Source: Candidatus Omnitrophota bacterium (GTDB lineage Bacteria; Omnitrophota; Gorgyraeia; Gygaellales; JBFMHM01). From it: 64,000 nt of DNA. This document shows positions 18,666-28,114 of the stretch, piece by piece. Where the stretch lies: NCBI GenBank assembly GCA_040753015.1, contig JBFMHM010000005.1:14730-78729 (forward strand), given 5' to 3'. Below the pieces are notes generated by a model. The model did not search any database and had not been told where the DNA came from. It saw nothing but the letters and a program-made list of their open reading frames with translations. How positions within the stretch are numbered: the stretch's first letter is position 1; each line of letters begins with the position of its first letter. Both the position numbers and the translations under genes were made by a program.

Positions 18666-20033
18666 CTACTCATTTTGGGTTAAAATATAACTGTTAATTA
18701 ATTTATGCGGCCGATAAGACATTTTTACTTTCTCTAAATTACTAATCCCTGAATCATCCATTACATTTATAAATTTATACATGGTTAGTTTTTTACAAAA
18801 TTGCCAAAAAATAAACTGAGCAAGGCCTTTGATCTCTAAATCGGTAATTTCTGCAAAAATACAGAATGTATCTTTGTTTATCGGATAGCCAAAAGAATAT
18901 GCTTTTATTTTACCATTTCCACCCGAGGCGGATCCGCCTTTGGCGTAAATTTTTACAACATAACCATTCATCACAAGTTTAGCAAAATTCTTCATTAAAA
19001 ATTCATGCAGGATAAGATTATCCTTGATCATCATACAATACACATCATCTTTATTGAATTTTAACTGCCTATTACCTGACCAATTTTTATATAAACTAAT
19101 GGCTTCCTTTGTATATTCTTTGTTAAATGGCATAAATTCATAATTATAATTTTTCAAAAAATAATTCAATGCTGACCTTTTAGATTTAAATTTATCGCCT
19201 CTTAATTCAATCATATCCTTTGTGGCATATAAATATTCTTTAAATTTTGGTTTTAAAAAATATTGTGGCCTGTCGGTAGAGACGCAATTAATCATTTCTC
19301 TACAACCAAATCCATCTTCAATATTTTCTATTCTAGATACTGCTTTATTTTTATTAACGCTATTCATAATTTCAAAACACTTTTCTATTGTTCCAATATC
19401 GATTTTTTCCCCTAGCGGAAAAAAATTCATAAAGCAGCTACGGCTATCTTTAAAAAATATGCATAGGTTAGCATTAATAAAACAATAGGTGATATCATAC
19501 AAACATTTCCAAAGAAAAATGTTTTCAAATGAGTAAGCTGAAAGAGTATATTTAGAAATTTTAAGATAGCTATTTATTAATTTCTTATCCCGAATAGAAA
19601 GATTAATTAGTTTAGTATCAATATTAACTTTATCTAAAAAAATTAATTCATCTTTTGGGTATTCTTTAATAAAACCGGGGTTATCGAGAATAAATTTTTT
19701 GTTTTTGCTAGATAACAAGTACTTTACTAGGCCATCTGTATATGATTTTAAATTTAATTTACTAATATTTTCCTCAATGAACAAACATAATTTATGCAAT
19801 GCAATGTAGACTTGATTTTCTCTTTTTGCTAAAACAAAAGGGTATATTTTACAATCAAGCGGCCGTCGTGGATAAATCTTGCATTTATTCGTCTTAATAT
19901 CCAAATGCGGACACACATATAAATCTTTATAAACATTTGGTTTTATTTTATAAGGAAGCCAAACAGTATTTATATCATGAAATCTGCAGCACCCAAGGCA
20001 GGCAAGGCAAAATTTTGAAGAAACAAAGCGCAT
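18666..20033 (-). CDS. YkgJ-like Cys-cluster domain fused to a DUF2156 (aminoacyl-tRNA-dependent transferase-like GNAT) domain
   Basis: CLACLGCC..C..C..RPLDCKIYP; EYLY..L.G.KF..KR; INVMDDSG..L.K.K.SY.P. Confidence 0.7.
   Translation of the reverse strand: MRFVSSKFCLACLGCCRFHDINTVWLPYKIKPNVYKDLYVCPHLDIKTNKCKIYPRRPLDCKIYPFVLAKRENQVYIALHKLCLFIEENISKLNLKSYTDGLVKYLLSSKNKKFILDNPGFIKEYPKDELIFLDKVNIDTKLINLSIRDKKLINSYLKISKYTLSAYSFENIFLWKCLYDITYCFINANLCIFFKDSRSCFMNFFPLGEKIDIGTIEKCFEIMNSVNKNKAVSRIENIEDGFGCREMINCVSTDRPQYFLKPKFKEYLYATKDMIELRGDKFKSKRSALNYFLKNYNYEFMPFNKEYTKEAISLYKNWSGNRQLKFNKDDVYCMMIKDNLILHEFLMKNFAKLVMNGYVVKIYAKGGSASGGNGKIKAYSFGYPINKDTFCIFAEITDLEIKGLAQFIFWQFCKKLTMYKFINVMDDSGISNLEKVKMSYRPHKLINSYILTQNE
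18918..18947. repeat. 30-bp double-hairpin element, in-frame (encodes YAKGGSASGG)
   Basis: tccacccgaggcgga+tccgcctttggcgta; removing it restores VVKINGKIKA. Confidence 0.85.
19276..19303. repeat. GTAG-type REP-like palindrome inside the CDS
   Basis: gtagaga-cgcaattaatcatt-tctctac. Confidence 0.55.
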
Positions 20034-20354
20034 TTATTTTACTACCACGCCTGGTTTAGCTAAACGGCTGGGGCTTATAATACAAACACCCTGTTCGTCA
20101 GATGCAGCTAAAAGCATTCCTTGCGATTCAATACCGCGAATAATCGCCGGCTCTAAATTATCGATTATTACGATTTGTTTGCCGACTAAATCTTGAGGAA
20201 TATAATACTGCTTAATTCCAGCTACAATTTGTTTTGTCTTATCGCCAACATCAATAATTAGGCGGTATAATTTATTGGCCCCTTCGATTTCATAAACTTC
20301 TTTAATAGTCGCGACTTTTAATTCTAATTTCCTGAATTCTTCGTATGTAGCCAT
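20034..20354 (-). CDS. tRNA-binding OB-fold protein (MetG C-terminal/CsaA-like)
   Basis: QIVAGI, NLEPAIIRGIESQGMLLAA. Confidence 0.85.
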   Translation of the reverse strand: MATYEEFRKLELKVATIKEVYEIEGANKLYRLIIDVGDKTKQIVAGIKQYYIPQDLVGKQIVIIDNLEPAIIRGIESQGMLLAASDEQGVCIISPSRLAKPGVVVK

Positions 20355-20385
20355 AAATTTGCACCTTAATAATATTTGTTGCTCT

Positions 20386-21051
20386 TTACAGTTTCTCGGG
20401 ATGGTGTTTTACGACTTTTGCCTCTACCATATAGATTATATCTTCAGCGATATTTGTGGCATGATCACAGATACGCTCTAAAAAACGTGCAATCAATAAA
20501 AGCGGCACTGCGCGAGGGCTAACTGTGCCGTCTTTCACCATATAATCTTCGATTAATTCTTTAGAAATTATATTGCGTAGATTATCGGCTTCTGAATCTA
20601 ACAGCAAAACACTTTTAGCAGCCTCGATATCCCTATTTACAAACGAATCAATTGACATTTTAACCATATCTTGCGCGATTCTGGTTAATTTAGGAATATC
20701 TACTAAAGGCTTTAAAAGCGGCTTATCTGCAATTTCAATAACCCGCTCGGAAATATCGACTGCAATGTCGGTGATTCTCTCTAATTCCGCGTTAATCTTC
20801 ATTCCTGTTGTTATAAAACGCAAGTCGCTTGCTAATGGTTGGTGACGGGCAATTAAATCAATGCATTTTTCGTCAATAACAAGTTCGAGTTCATCAACCC
20901 GTTTATCATTATCAATTATTTTTTTGGCTAAAACCTTATCCCTATTTTTTAAGGCTTCGATAGAATTAAATATCGCCTCCTGAGCAAACGCGCCCATTTT
21001 TAAAATATCATTTTTTAAATCGTTTAGCTCTTCATCAAAATGCCTTTGCAT
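20386..21051 (-). CDS. phoU: Phosphate signalling protein PhoU
   Basis: QPLASDLR, ELERITD, LERICDHATNIAE. Confidence 0.95.
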   Translation of the reverse strand: MQRHFDEELNDLKNDILKMGAFAQEAIFNSIEALKNRDKVLAKKIIDNDKRVDELELVIDEKCIDLIARHQPLASDLRFITTGMKINAELERITDIAVDISERVIEIADKPLLKPLVDIPKLTRIAQDMVKMSIDSFVNRDIEAAKSVLLLDSEADNLRNIISKELIEDYMVKDGTVSPRAVPLLLIARFLERICDHATNIAEDIIYMVEAKVVKHHPEKL

Positions 21052-21066
21052 AATTGTCCTCCATTA

Positions 21067-21150
21067 TAACCGCTAAAACGCAAAAGTTGCTAAAACGCAA
21101 AGATCAAATTTTGCGGTCTTTGCGGTTACAATTTTAGTGCTTTTGCGGTT
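21067..21150. repeat. Inverted array of ~9-nt CGC(T/A)AAA units
   Basis: taaccgctaaaacgcaaaagttgc...tttgcggtctttgcggtt; 23/24 inverted match at 57734-57757. Confidence 0.6.
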
Positions 21151-21154
21151 GCAG

Positions 21155-21910
21155 TTACCCATATCTTCCAGTAATATAATCTTCGGTTTTTTTATCTTTT
21201 GGTTTAGTAAAAATATCGTCTGTCTTGGCAAATTCAACCAGTTCACCTAATAACATAAAACCCGTATCGTCGGAAACACGCGCTGCCTGTTGCATATTAT
21301 GAGTTACTATTATTATAGTATAATTCTTTTTAAGTTCACGCATTAATTCCTCGATGCGGCCTGTTGCCTGTGGGTCTAACGTAGAACACGGCTCATCCAT
21401 CAAAAGTACTTCAGGTTTAACTGCAATTAACCTAGCTATACAAAGTCTTTGCTTCTGTTCTAGAGAAAGCGACAACGCTGATTTATTTAATTTATCCTTT
21501 AGCTCATCCCACAAAAGTACAGATTTCAAACTTTCTTCTACTATTTTATCCATTTTATTTTTACTCGTATAACCTGAATGAACTTTTTCTCCAAAAATTA
21601 TATTTTCATAGATTGATAGCGGGAAAGGATTTGGCCTTTGGAATACCATGCCTACTCTTTTCCGCAGGCTAATTAAATCAGTGTGATTATTTAGTATATT
21701 ATTTTCATCAATAATAATTTCACCGTTCGTACGCACGCCTTCGATTAAATCATTCATTCGGTTAAATACACGAAGCATTGTTGATTTACCACAGCCTGAC
21801 GGGCCAATGATCGCCGTGATGGTTTTTTCTTTAAAATGTGCGCTTACGCTTTTAAGTGCATGAAAATTTCCATACCAGAGGTTTAATTTATTAACTTTAA
21901 TGTCAGCCAT
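21155..21910 (-). CDS. pstB: Phosphate ABC transporter ATPase (degenerate signature motif)
   Basis: [18 protein letters not shown]; signature reads LSLEQ. Confidence 0.9.
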   Translation of the reverse strand: MADIKVNKLNLWYGNFHALKSVSAHFKEKTITAIIGPSGCGKSTMLRVFNRMNDLIEGVRTNGEIIIDENNILNNHTDLISLRKRVGMVFQRPNPFPLSIYENIIFGEKVHSGYTSKNKMDKIVEESLKSVLLWDELKDKLNKSALSLSLEQKQRLCIARLIAVKPEVLLMDEPCSTLDPQATGRIEELMRELKKNYTIIIVTHNMQQAARVSDDTGFMLLGELVEFAKTDDIFTKPKDKKTEDYITGRYG

Positions 21911-21913
21911 AAT

Positions 21914-22687
21914 TTATCCAAATTTTCCTATAATATAATCATTTGTCCGAGAATCATTTGGAGCAGTAAATATTTTTTCTGTTTTATCTACTTCAATAAG
22001 CTCCCCACTTAAAAAAAACGCAGTTCTGTCACCTACACGCGCTGCCTGTTTTACATTATTTGTTACTAAAACTATTGTGTATTGTTTTTTTAGCTCTATC
22101 ATTGCCTCTTCTACTTTTGCGGTTGAGATAGGATCGAGCCCCGAGCATGGTTCATCAAACAAAATCACTTCGGGCTCTACTGCTAAAGTCCGTGCAATAC
22201 AAAGCCTCTGTTGTTGGCCTCCCGATAATTTAAAAGCTGACTCATTTAATCTATCTTTTACCTCATCCCAAATGTATGCCTGTTTTAAAGATTTTTCGAC
22301 TATACTTTTTAATACATTTATATTTTTTTGGTCATGCATTCTAACACCATAGGCAATGTTATCAAATATGGATAACGGCAAAGGTAAGGGTAAAGCAAAA
22401 ACCATACCGACCTTTTTACGCACAAGTTCAATATCTAATTTTGTAATATCATTATTGTCTAATTTAACCAATCCCTGCATCCGAAAATTTGAATGTAATT
22501 CATTTAAACGATTAAGCATTCTTAAAAATGTGGTTTTGCCGCTGTTTGATGGGCCAATAACACTTAATATTTCATTTGCCTCAACGCACAAATTTAACGC
22601 CCTTAAGGCATGAATTGCGCCAAACCAAATATTGAGATTTTCTATGCTAATTTTTCCGCCTAAGGGCGGAATTTGATAACTCACCAT
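21914..22687 (-). CDS. pstB: Phosphate ABC transporter ATPase, second copy (degenerate H-loop and Q-loop)
   Basis: GPSNSGKT, LSGGQ, LFDEP; VTNN instead of VTHN. Confidence 0.88.
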   Translation of the reverse strand: MVSYQIPPLGGKISIENLNIWFGAIHALRALNLCVEANEILSVIGPSNSGKTTFLRMLNRLNELHSNFRMQGLVKLDNNDITKLDIELVRKKVGMVFALPLPLPLSIFDNIAYGVRMHDQKNINVLKSIVEKSLKQAYIWDEVKDRLNESAFKLSGGQQQRLCIARTLAVEPEVILFDEPCSGLDPISTAKVEEAMIELKKQYTIVLVTNNVKQAARVGDRTAFFLSGELIEVDKTEKIFTAPNDSRTNDYIIGKFG

Positions 22688-23529
22688 TTCTTTTTTTTCC
22701 TAAATTGATAGCGAATAATTATTGCAATCAAATTCATAAATAATACTATTGTAAGCAAAACAAACGCGGTGCCATAACGAATTTTCTCATCAACATTTGG
22801 CACTTGAGTTGAAATTACATATAAGTGGTAAGGCAGCGCCATCGCTTGATCAAATATTGAGTGAGGAAGCTTGGGTAGATAAAATGCTGCTACTGTAAAA
22901 AGAATTGGCGCGGTTTCACCTGCTGCACGACCTAAGCCTAAAATTGTGCCGGTTAATATACCAGGAACTGCATTAGGCAAAACAATGTGCCTTGTTGTTT
23001 GCCACTTGCTTGCGCCAAGAGATAAGCTTACTTCACGAAATGATTGCGGCACACTTTCAAGCGCCTCACGGGAGGCAGTAATAATTATTGGTAAAATCAT
23101 AATTCCAAGTGTAAGCGACCCAGAAAGAATTGATGCACCAAATTTAAAGAACACAACAAAAATTGCCAAACCAAACAATCCATATACGACTGACGGCACG
23201 CCTGATAAATTTATAATCGCAAGTTTAATCAAACGCGTTAAAACATTTTCTCTAGAATATTCGCTTAGATAAATTGCTGACATAACGCCAATAGGAAGAG
23301 CAAATAATATTGCGCCAGTTACTAAATAAATTGTCCCAACAATCGCTGGGAAAATTCCTCCCGCGCGCATACCCTGGCGCGGAATATCAAAAATAAATTG
23401 CCAATTTATTGCCGGTAGGCCTTTTTGTATAATAACAACAATGATTAAGCCTACGGGAATAACTATAAACAAAGTTGCAATCAGTAAAAAGAAAAAAGCA
23501 ATTTTCTGGCTGCGTAAGGAATTTTTCAT
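22681..23529 (-). CDS. pstA: Phosphate ABC permease
   Basis: GVPSVVYGLFG, GRAAGETAP. Confidence 0.93.
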   Translation of the reverse strand: MKNSLRSQKIAFFFLLIATLFIVIPVGLIIVVIIQKGLPAINWQFIFDIPRQGMRAGGIFPAIVGTIYLVTGAILFALPIGVMSAIYLSEYSRENVLTRLIKLAIINLSGVPSVVYGLFGLAIFVVFFKFGASILSGSLTLGIMILPIIITASREALESVPQSFREVSLSLGASKWQTTRHIVLPNAVPGILTGTILGLGRAAGETAPILFTVAAFYLPKLPHSIFDQAMALPYHLYVISTQVPNVDEKIRYGTAFVLLTIVLFMNLIAIIIRYQFRKKKKW

Positions 23530-23531
23530 TT

Positions 23532-24395
23532 TTATTTTCGTTTATGAATAGCTAAATCCGCACCAACATTAATTACAAAACTAATCACAAATAATACAAT
23601 ACCAATCGCAAACAAGGCAAAATAATGCTCGCTTCCTACAACCGTCTCGCCCATTTCTGCAGCAATTGTTGCTGTAAGAGTTCTTACCGGCTGTAAAATA
23701 CTCTGTGGTATAATTGCGGAATTTCCCGTAATCATCATTACTGCCATTGTCTCTCCAATAACCCTACCAATCCCAAGCATAACTGCAGCAACTATGCCGG
23801 AGGACGCGGCCGGAAGCATAACACGCCAGATTGTCTGCCAATGAGTTGCCCCCAACGCAAAAGCACCTTCTTTATAAGACTTTGGCACAGAATAAAGCGC
23901 ATCTTCAGCAATTGAAACAATTGTTGGCATTGCCATAAATGCAAGCATAATTGAACCAGAAAGCGCAGTTAAACCTGTAGGTATATGAAAAATATTTTTT
24001 ACAAGCGGCACGAGTGTTACCATACCAATAAATCCTAAGACAACACTAGGAATTGCCGCTAAAAGCTCGATACCTGCCTTAAGAATTTCTTTTATTCTAC
24101 CAGGTGCAACCTCTGCAATATAGATTGCGCAACCAACACCGATTGGAATAGAAATTATTGCCGCGCCAATTGTAACAATTAGCGAACCCAAAATTAAAGG
24201 TAAAATTCCCAGCTGGGCTGGTTCGGAAATTGGATACCAATTTTTACCGAAGATAAATTGAGATGGCGTAATTATTTTAAATAAAGCAAGGCCCTCTTTT
24301 AATAAAAAAAGAAAAATTAAAATAACAAAAAATATAGAAGCAACTCCGCAAATTGCAATCAGTTTTTCTATAATAAATTCTTTAAATTTTCGCAT
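23532..24395 (-). CDS. pstC: Phosphate ABC permease
   Basis: ELLAAIPSVV, GRVIGETMAV. Confidence 0.93.
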   Translation of the reverse strand: MRKFKEFIIEKLIAICGVASIFFVILIFLFLLKEGLALFKIITPSQFIFGKNWYPISEPAQLGILPLILGSLIVTIGAAIISIPIGVGCAIYIAEVAPGRIKEILKAGIELLAAIPSVVLGFIGMVTLVPLVKNIFHIPTGLTALSGSIMLAFMAMPTIVSIAEDALYSVPKSYKEGAFALGATHWQTIWRVMLPAASSGIVAAVMLGIGRVIGETMAVMMITGNSAIIPQSILQPVRTLTATIAAEMGETVVGSEHYFALFAIGIVLFVISFVINVGADLAIHKRK

Positions 24396-24429
24396 TATTT
24401 TTACCTTTTCCCTAATTATCGTAACGCTT

Positions 24430-24549
24430 AATGAAATTTATATAGTGTTTTTCCGCGCGCAACGATCCGAGCAGGCCCGAAGGGCCATTGGGTTTAATTC
24501 CCCTGATGCGAAGGGATGTAAGCACGGAAAAATACTATAAAATTTCATT
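24430..24549. repeat. MITE-like element with ~28-bp imperfect terminal inverted repeats
   Basis: aatgaaatttatatagtgtttttccgcgc ... gcacggaaaaatactataaaatttcatt around a GC-rich core. Confidence 0.6.
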
Positions 24550-25396
24550 TTATTGGCACGAAGTCGGTTTTTAACACAATGTCTTGGCCTTCTTTTGAAA
24601 GTATAAAATCAACAAATTTTTTTACATCACCTTTAGGCTCACCATTAGTATATATAAATAATGGCCTAGATATTGGATATTTTCCAGAAACAACATTATC
24701 TATAGTTGGCGCGACATATCCTGATTTTACATTCTTAGCAACCGATATTGGTTTTTGTTTTGAAGATATATAACCCATTCCATAATAACCTATGGCTGCT
24801 GGATTTTGTGATACTTCATCGGCAATCGCCTGAGAAGATGTAAGCATTAAAGCGCTTGGGCTAAATTCCTCTTTTGAACCAGGGTCATTATTTCGCAAAA
24901 CATGTTCTTTAAAATAAACATGGGTGCCAGAGTTTACCTCACGGGATAAAATAACAATCTTTGCATCATTACCACCTACTTCTTTCCAATTTTTAATTTT
25001 ACCGCAAAAAATTCCAGCAAGCTGCTCTATGGTTAAATTATTAACGGGATTTTTAGGATTTACTACAACTGCTAATCCATCTAAGCCAACTTTCATTTCA
25101 TAAGGATCTATGCCTTTTTGTTTAGCCAGATTGATTTCTTTCTGTTTAATATTGCGTGAGCTCATGGCAATATCGCAAGTACCGCTAATTAAGCTTGAAA
25201 TTCCTGTTCCCGAACCTCCGCCGGTTACGGCAATAAAAGAATCCGGGTTTATTTCCATATATTTCTCTGCCCAGGCCTGGCCCAAATTTACCATTGTGTC
25301 AGACCCTTTTATTTGAATAGACCCATCTTTTGCCTTAGCAAAAACGTTACTTGCAAATAAAATTCCAATTACAGTAATAAATATTTTTTTAAACAT
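24545..25396 (-). CDS. pstS: Phosphate-binding protein
   Basis: Signal peptide, GSDT, GGGSGTG, SSR, SGT, YPISRPLF. Confidence 0.93.
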   Translation of the reverse strand: MFKKIFITVIGILFASNVFAKAKDGSIQIKGSDTMVNLGQAWAEKYMEINPDSFIAVTGGGSGTGISSLISGTCDIAMSSRNIKQKEINLAKQKGIDPYEMKVGLDGLAVVVNPKNPVNNLTIEQLAGIFCGKIKNWKEVGGNDAKIVILSREVNSGTHVYFKEHVLRNNDPGSKEEFSPSALMLTSSQAIADEVSQNPAAIGYYGMGYISSKQKPISVAKNVKSGYVAPTIDNVVSGKYPISRPLFIYTNGEPKGDVKKFVDFILSKEGQDIVLKTDFVPIK

Positions 25397-25465
25397 ATTG
25401 CCTCATTATAGGATGTCTTGATTTTATGTCGAAACAAAAATCTAATTATATTCTACCCTAAATAA

Positions 25466-25493
25466 ATATAAACTTATGTTAAATGTATGTAAA
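25466..25493 (-). promoter_or_regulatory. Putative Pho box upstream of pstS
   Basis: TTTACA/TTAACA/TTATAT at an 11-nt period, followed by -10-like TAGAAT/TATAAT. Confidence 0.55.
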
Positions 25494-25497
25494 ATTT

Positions 25498-26154
25498 TTA
25501 GAATACTAACTTTATCTTTACACCTAACACATTAGACTGCTTCCATTTTTTCCCATCCCTATTGCTTTGCAATAAATAAAACAATTCTCCTTTTAAATTT
25601 TTTGTAAAAGTTGCGCCTGCACCGGTATAAAATCTATTGCGCGTAAATGCCTTGTTGTAAAATACTAAGAATATCTCATCCGCTATAAATGGCTGGATTT
25701 TGAATTTCGTAAATTTCCAAGGGAATTTAACAGTAAATTTATTGCGGTACCTAAAAGTATCTGGTTGATAATCAAAATGCCGATACTCTAAACGATTCCT
25801 ATCCTCTAGACTAAAACCAAATAAATCGTGTTTTAAAATAGCATTTATATGCGGCCGGTTTTCTTGTTTGATTTTTTTTCCTTGTTTCTTTTCATAAACC
25901 TGCCTGTAGTTTATACCTAAATCTAAAAATTTATTCATAGCATAAACATATCCTCCATCATAATGATGATAGAAAAAGTCACTTGCATCATTAGCAAAGC
26001 GAAATTCTTCCTCTAGTGTTATTTTTGAATTTTTATTGATTTTCACTTCTTCTACTTCTGTATTCCAAACCTGGAAATCACCATCATCGTAAGCGTATAC
26101 ATTGCATCCTAACAACAATACAATACCGATTACCATAAAAACTCTTTTACCCAT
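25498..26154 (-). CDS. Outer-membrane beta-barrel protein (DUF2490-like)
   Basis: Signal peptide, ENRP, RNRLEYR, RYRNK, RNRFY, terminal F. Confidence 0.7.
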   Translation of the reverse strand: MGKRVFMVIGIVLLLGCNVYAYDDGDFQVWNTEVEEVKINKNSKITLEEEFRFANDASDFFYHHYDGGYVYAMNKFLDLGINYRQVYEKKQGKKIKQENRPHINAILKHDLFGFSLEDRNRLEYRHFDYQPDTFRYRNKFTVKFPWKFTKFKIQPFIADEIFLVFYNKAFTRNRFYTGAGATFTKNLKGELFYLLQSNRDGKKWKQSNVLGVKIKLVF

Positions 26155-26191
26155 TTAACCTCCTGGTATAATTGTTATTAATTACAAACAA

Positions 26192-26245
26192 AGTATAAAA
26201 TAACAAGGTTAAATGTGCTTCAAGAAGATGTAAAATATGAGTAAA
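26192..26245 (-). promoter_or_regulatory. Putative Pho-box array plus -10 element
   Basis: TTTACT/TTTACA/TTGAAG/TTAACC at an 11-nt period, then TATACT. Confidence 0.5.
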
Positions 26246-26284
26246 GTTTATTTTTAGGAAACCTTGCCTCTGGTAAAATATATA

Positions 26285-26313
26285 TTGCAATTTAACCGGA
26301 ACTTGGTTAAAAT
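26285..26313 (+). promoter_or_regulatory. Sigma70 promoter with internal palindrome
   Basis: TTGCAA-17-TAAAAT containing tttaacc-N7-ggttaaa; ATG 7 nt downstream. Confidence 0.5.
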
Positions 26314-26320
26314 ACAAGAT

Positions 26321-27568
26321 ATGAAAAAACTAATAAATAGGATTCAGCTTAATCTTTTAAAAACATATTTGCGTAAATTTCCAGTGGTAGCTATAATTGG
26401 AGCCCGCCAAACAGGTAAAACTACGCTCGTAAGAAATCTATTGGACCAAAAAAGAGCGTTCTTTACTTTAGATGACCCAGCAATATTATTAGTTGCTAAT
26501 CAAAATCCTCAATCTTTTTTGGAACAAGCCCCTTATATTACTATTGATGAAGTTCAAAGATGCCCGTCACTACTTTTAGAGATTAAAAGAATTGTTGATC
26601 AAAAAAGGATTCCCGGCCAGTTTATTATCACTGGTTCAAGTAATATTATGATGCTGCCAAAAATTTCTGAAACTTTATCGGGAAGGATTGCTTTTATTGA
26701 ACTTGAACCTCTTACAATATATGAAATATATTCAACATCTCTTAATACGCCAAAAGCCATTGAAATTATAACTTCAAAAACAGGTAATGCTTGTTGGAAA
26801 ATTTTAACGGACTTAAAAATTACTAAGTTGCCATTAGAAAAAATATTATTCAACGGTGGTTATCCTACAGCTTGGCTAGAGGCAAATGACAGCCTGCGGC
26901 AAGAATGGTTTAGATCATATATCAGAACTTATCTTGAGCGCGATGTAAGAGACTTATCAAGAATACAAAAATTATTTGAGTACCAAAAATTTCTTGCTTT
27001 GACTGCTTTTCGCTCTGCACAAATTCTGGAACGTTCTAACCTCGCAAAAGATGCTGGCATTCCTTATACTACCGCAGGGCATTTTTTTGACTTATTAATC
27101 GCGACATTCCAATTATTTTTACTTCCGCCATATTTTAGAAATATCGGCAAGCGTCTAATAAAATCTCCAAAACTTATATGGAACGATACAGGTATCGCTT
27201 CATATCTACAAGGGATAACCTCTTGGCAAGAAGCAATAAGGCTCGGACGAGATTCATTTCTTATGGAAAATAAAATCGCCCTGGAATTAAAAACTCTACT
27301 CTCAGTATATCTGCCATCTAGTAAGTTATTTTACTGGCGGACATCTGCCGGCGCAGAAGTAGATATCTTAATAGAAAATAATAATCGGCTTGTCCCTATT
27401 GAAGTAAAATGGCGCGAAGAAGTTTCCCTAAAAGATATTGTTGGATTAGAAAATTTCTTAAAAGACTTTAAAAATTCGGCATACTTTGGAATAGTGTTAT
27501 ACCGCGGTAAACAGCTTCTAAAACTTAAAGAGAATATATTTCTTGTGCCTTTCGAATGTTTCTTATGA
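26321..27568 (+). CDS. AAA_14 ATPase with DUF4143 and C-terminal PD-(D/E)xK-like domain
   Basis: GARQTGKT, IDEVQ, TGSS, YLERD, KSPK..WNDTG, EVD..PIEVK. Confidence 0.85.
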   Translation: MKKLINRIQLNLLKTYLRKFPVVAIIGARQTGKTTLVRNLLDQKRAFFTLDDPAILLVANQNPQSFLEQAPYITIDEVQRCPSLLLEIKRIVDQKRIPGQFIITGSSNIMMLPKISETLSGRIAFIELEPLTIYEIYSTSLNTPKAIEIITSKTGNACWKILTDLKITKLPLEKILFNGGYPTAWLEANDSLRQEWFRSYIRTYLERDVRDLSRIQKLFEYQKFLALTAFRSAQILERSNLAKDAGIPYTTAGHFFDLLIATFQLFLLPPYFRNIGKRLIKSPKLIWNDTGIASYLQGITSWQEAIRLGRDSFLMENKIALELKTLLSVYLPSSKLFYWRTSAGAEVDILIENNNRLVPIEVKWREEVSLKDIVGLENFLKDFKNSAYFGIVLYRGKQLLKLKENIFLVPFECFL

Positions 27569-27640
27569 GCATACCAAACAAAATCCACAATTAGAATGAG
27601 AATTAAAATTTAGTTTAGAACCAGATTAAATTTGCCCAAA

Positions 27641-28114
27641 TTATTGTAGTATAAAGATTAGAAGGATTAGAAAAAATAACCCCACGGCTAAAAATATAGT
27701 TTTTACATCTAATATGTAAGAAATATTTTTTCCTGAGTTTATTTTAGTAATTGACTGCGCATGAATATCTAAATCTCCACCATGTTCAGGGCATGCTCGA
27801 TTAAATTTTCCAGTAATCTCTACTAAATCACCTTTTACTTTATAATTACCTATATAAAGAATGTCTCTAATTAAGTCTTTTTTTATCCATACACCTATTG
27901 CATTTAACCCATCGTTAATACTTAACCAAGCATATTCTTTACGCACCATAATGTCGCCTACCACTTCACCCTCAAAAGCAACTATCTTCCCATCATATTC
28001 TTTGGCGTTAGCAATAAGGTCAATACTCTTCATTGGTTGCTCAGCGTAGCACAATAAAGGCAAAAGTAAAAAGTACAGGTAAAAACTTAAAATGTTTAAA
28101 TTTTTAGTTTCCAT
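27641..28114 (-). CDS. Exported OB-fold-like protein with C-terminal TM, coupled to trkH
   Basis: TAATG overlap with the trkH stop; GEVVGD, HGGDLDIH. Confidence 0.55.
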   Translation of the reverse strand: METKNLNILSFYLYFLLLPLLCYAEQPMKSIDLIANAKEYDGKIVAFEGEVVGDIMVRKEYAWLSINDGLNAIGVWIKKDLIRDILYIGNYKVKGDLVEITGKFNRACPEHGGDLDIHAQSITKINSGKNISYILDVKTIFLAVGLFFLILLIFILQ

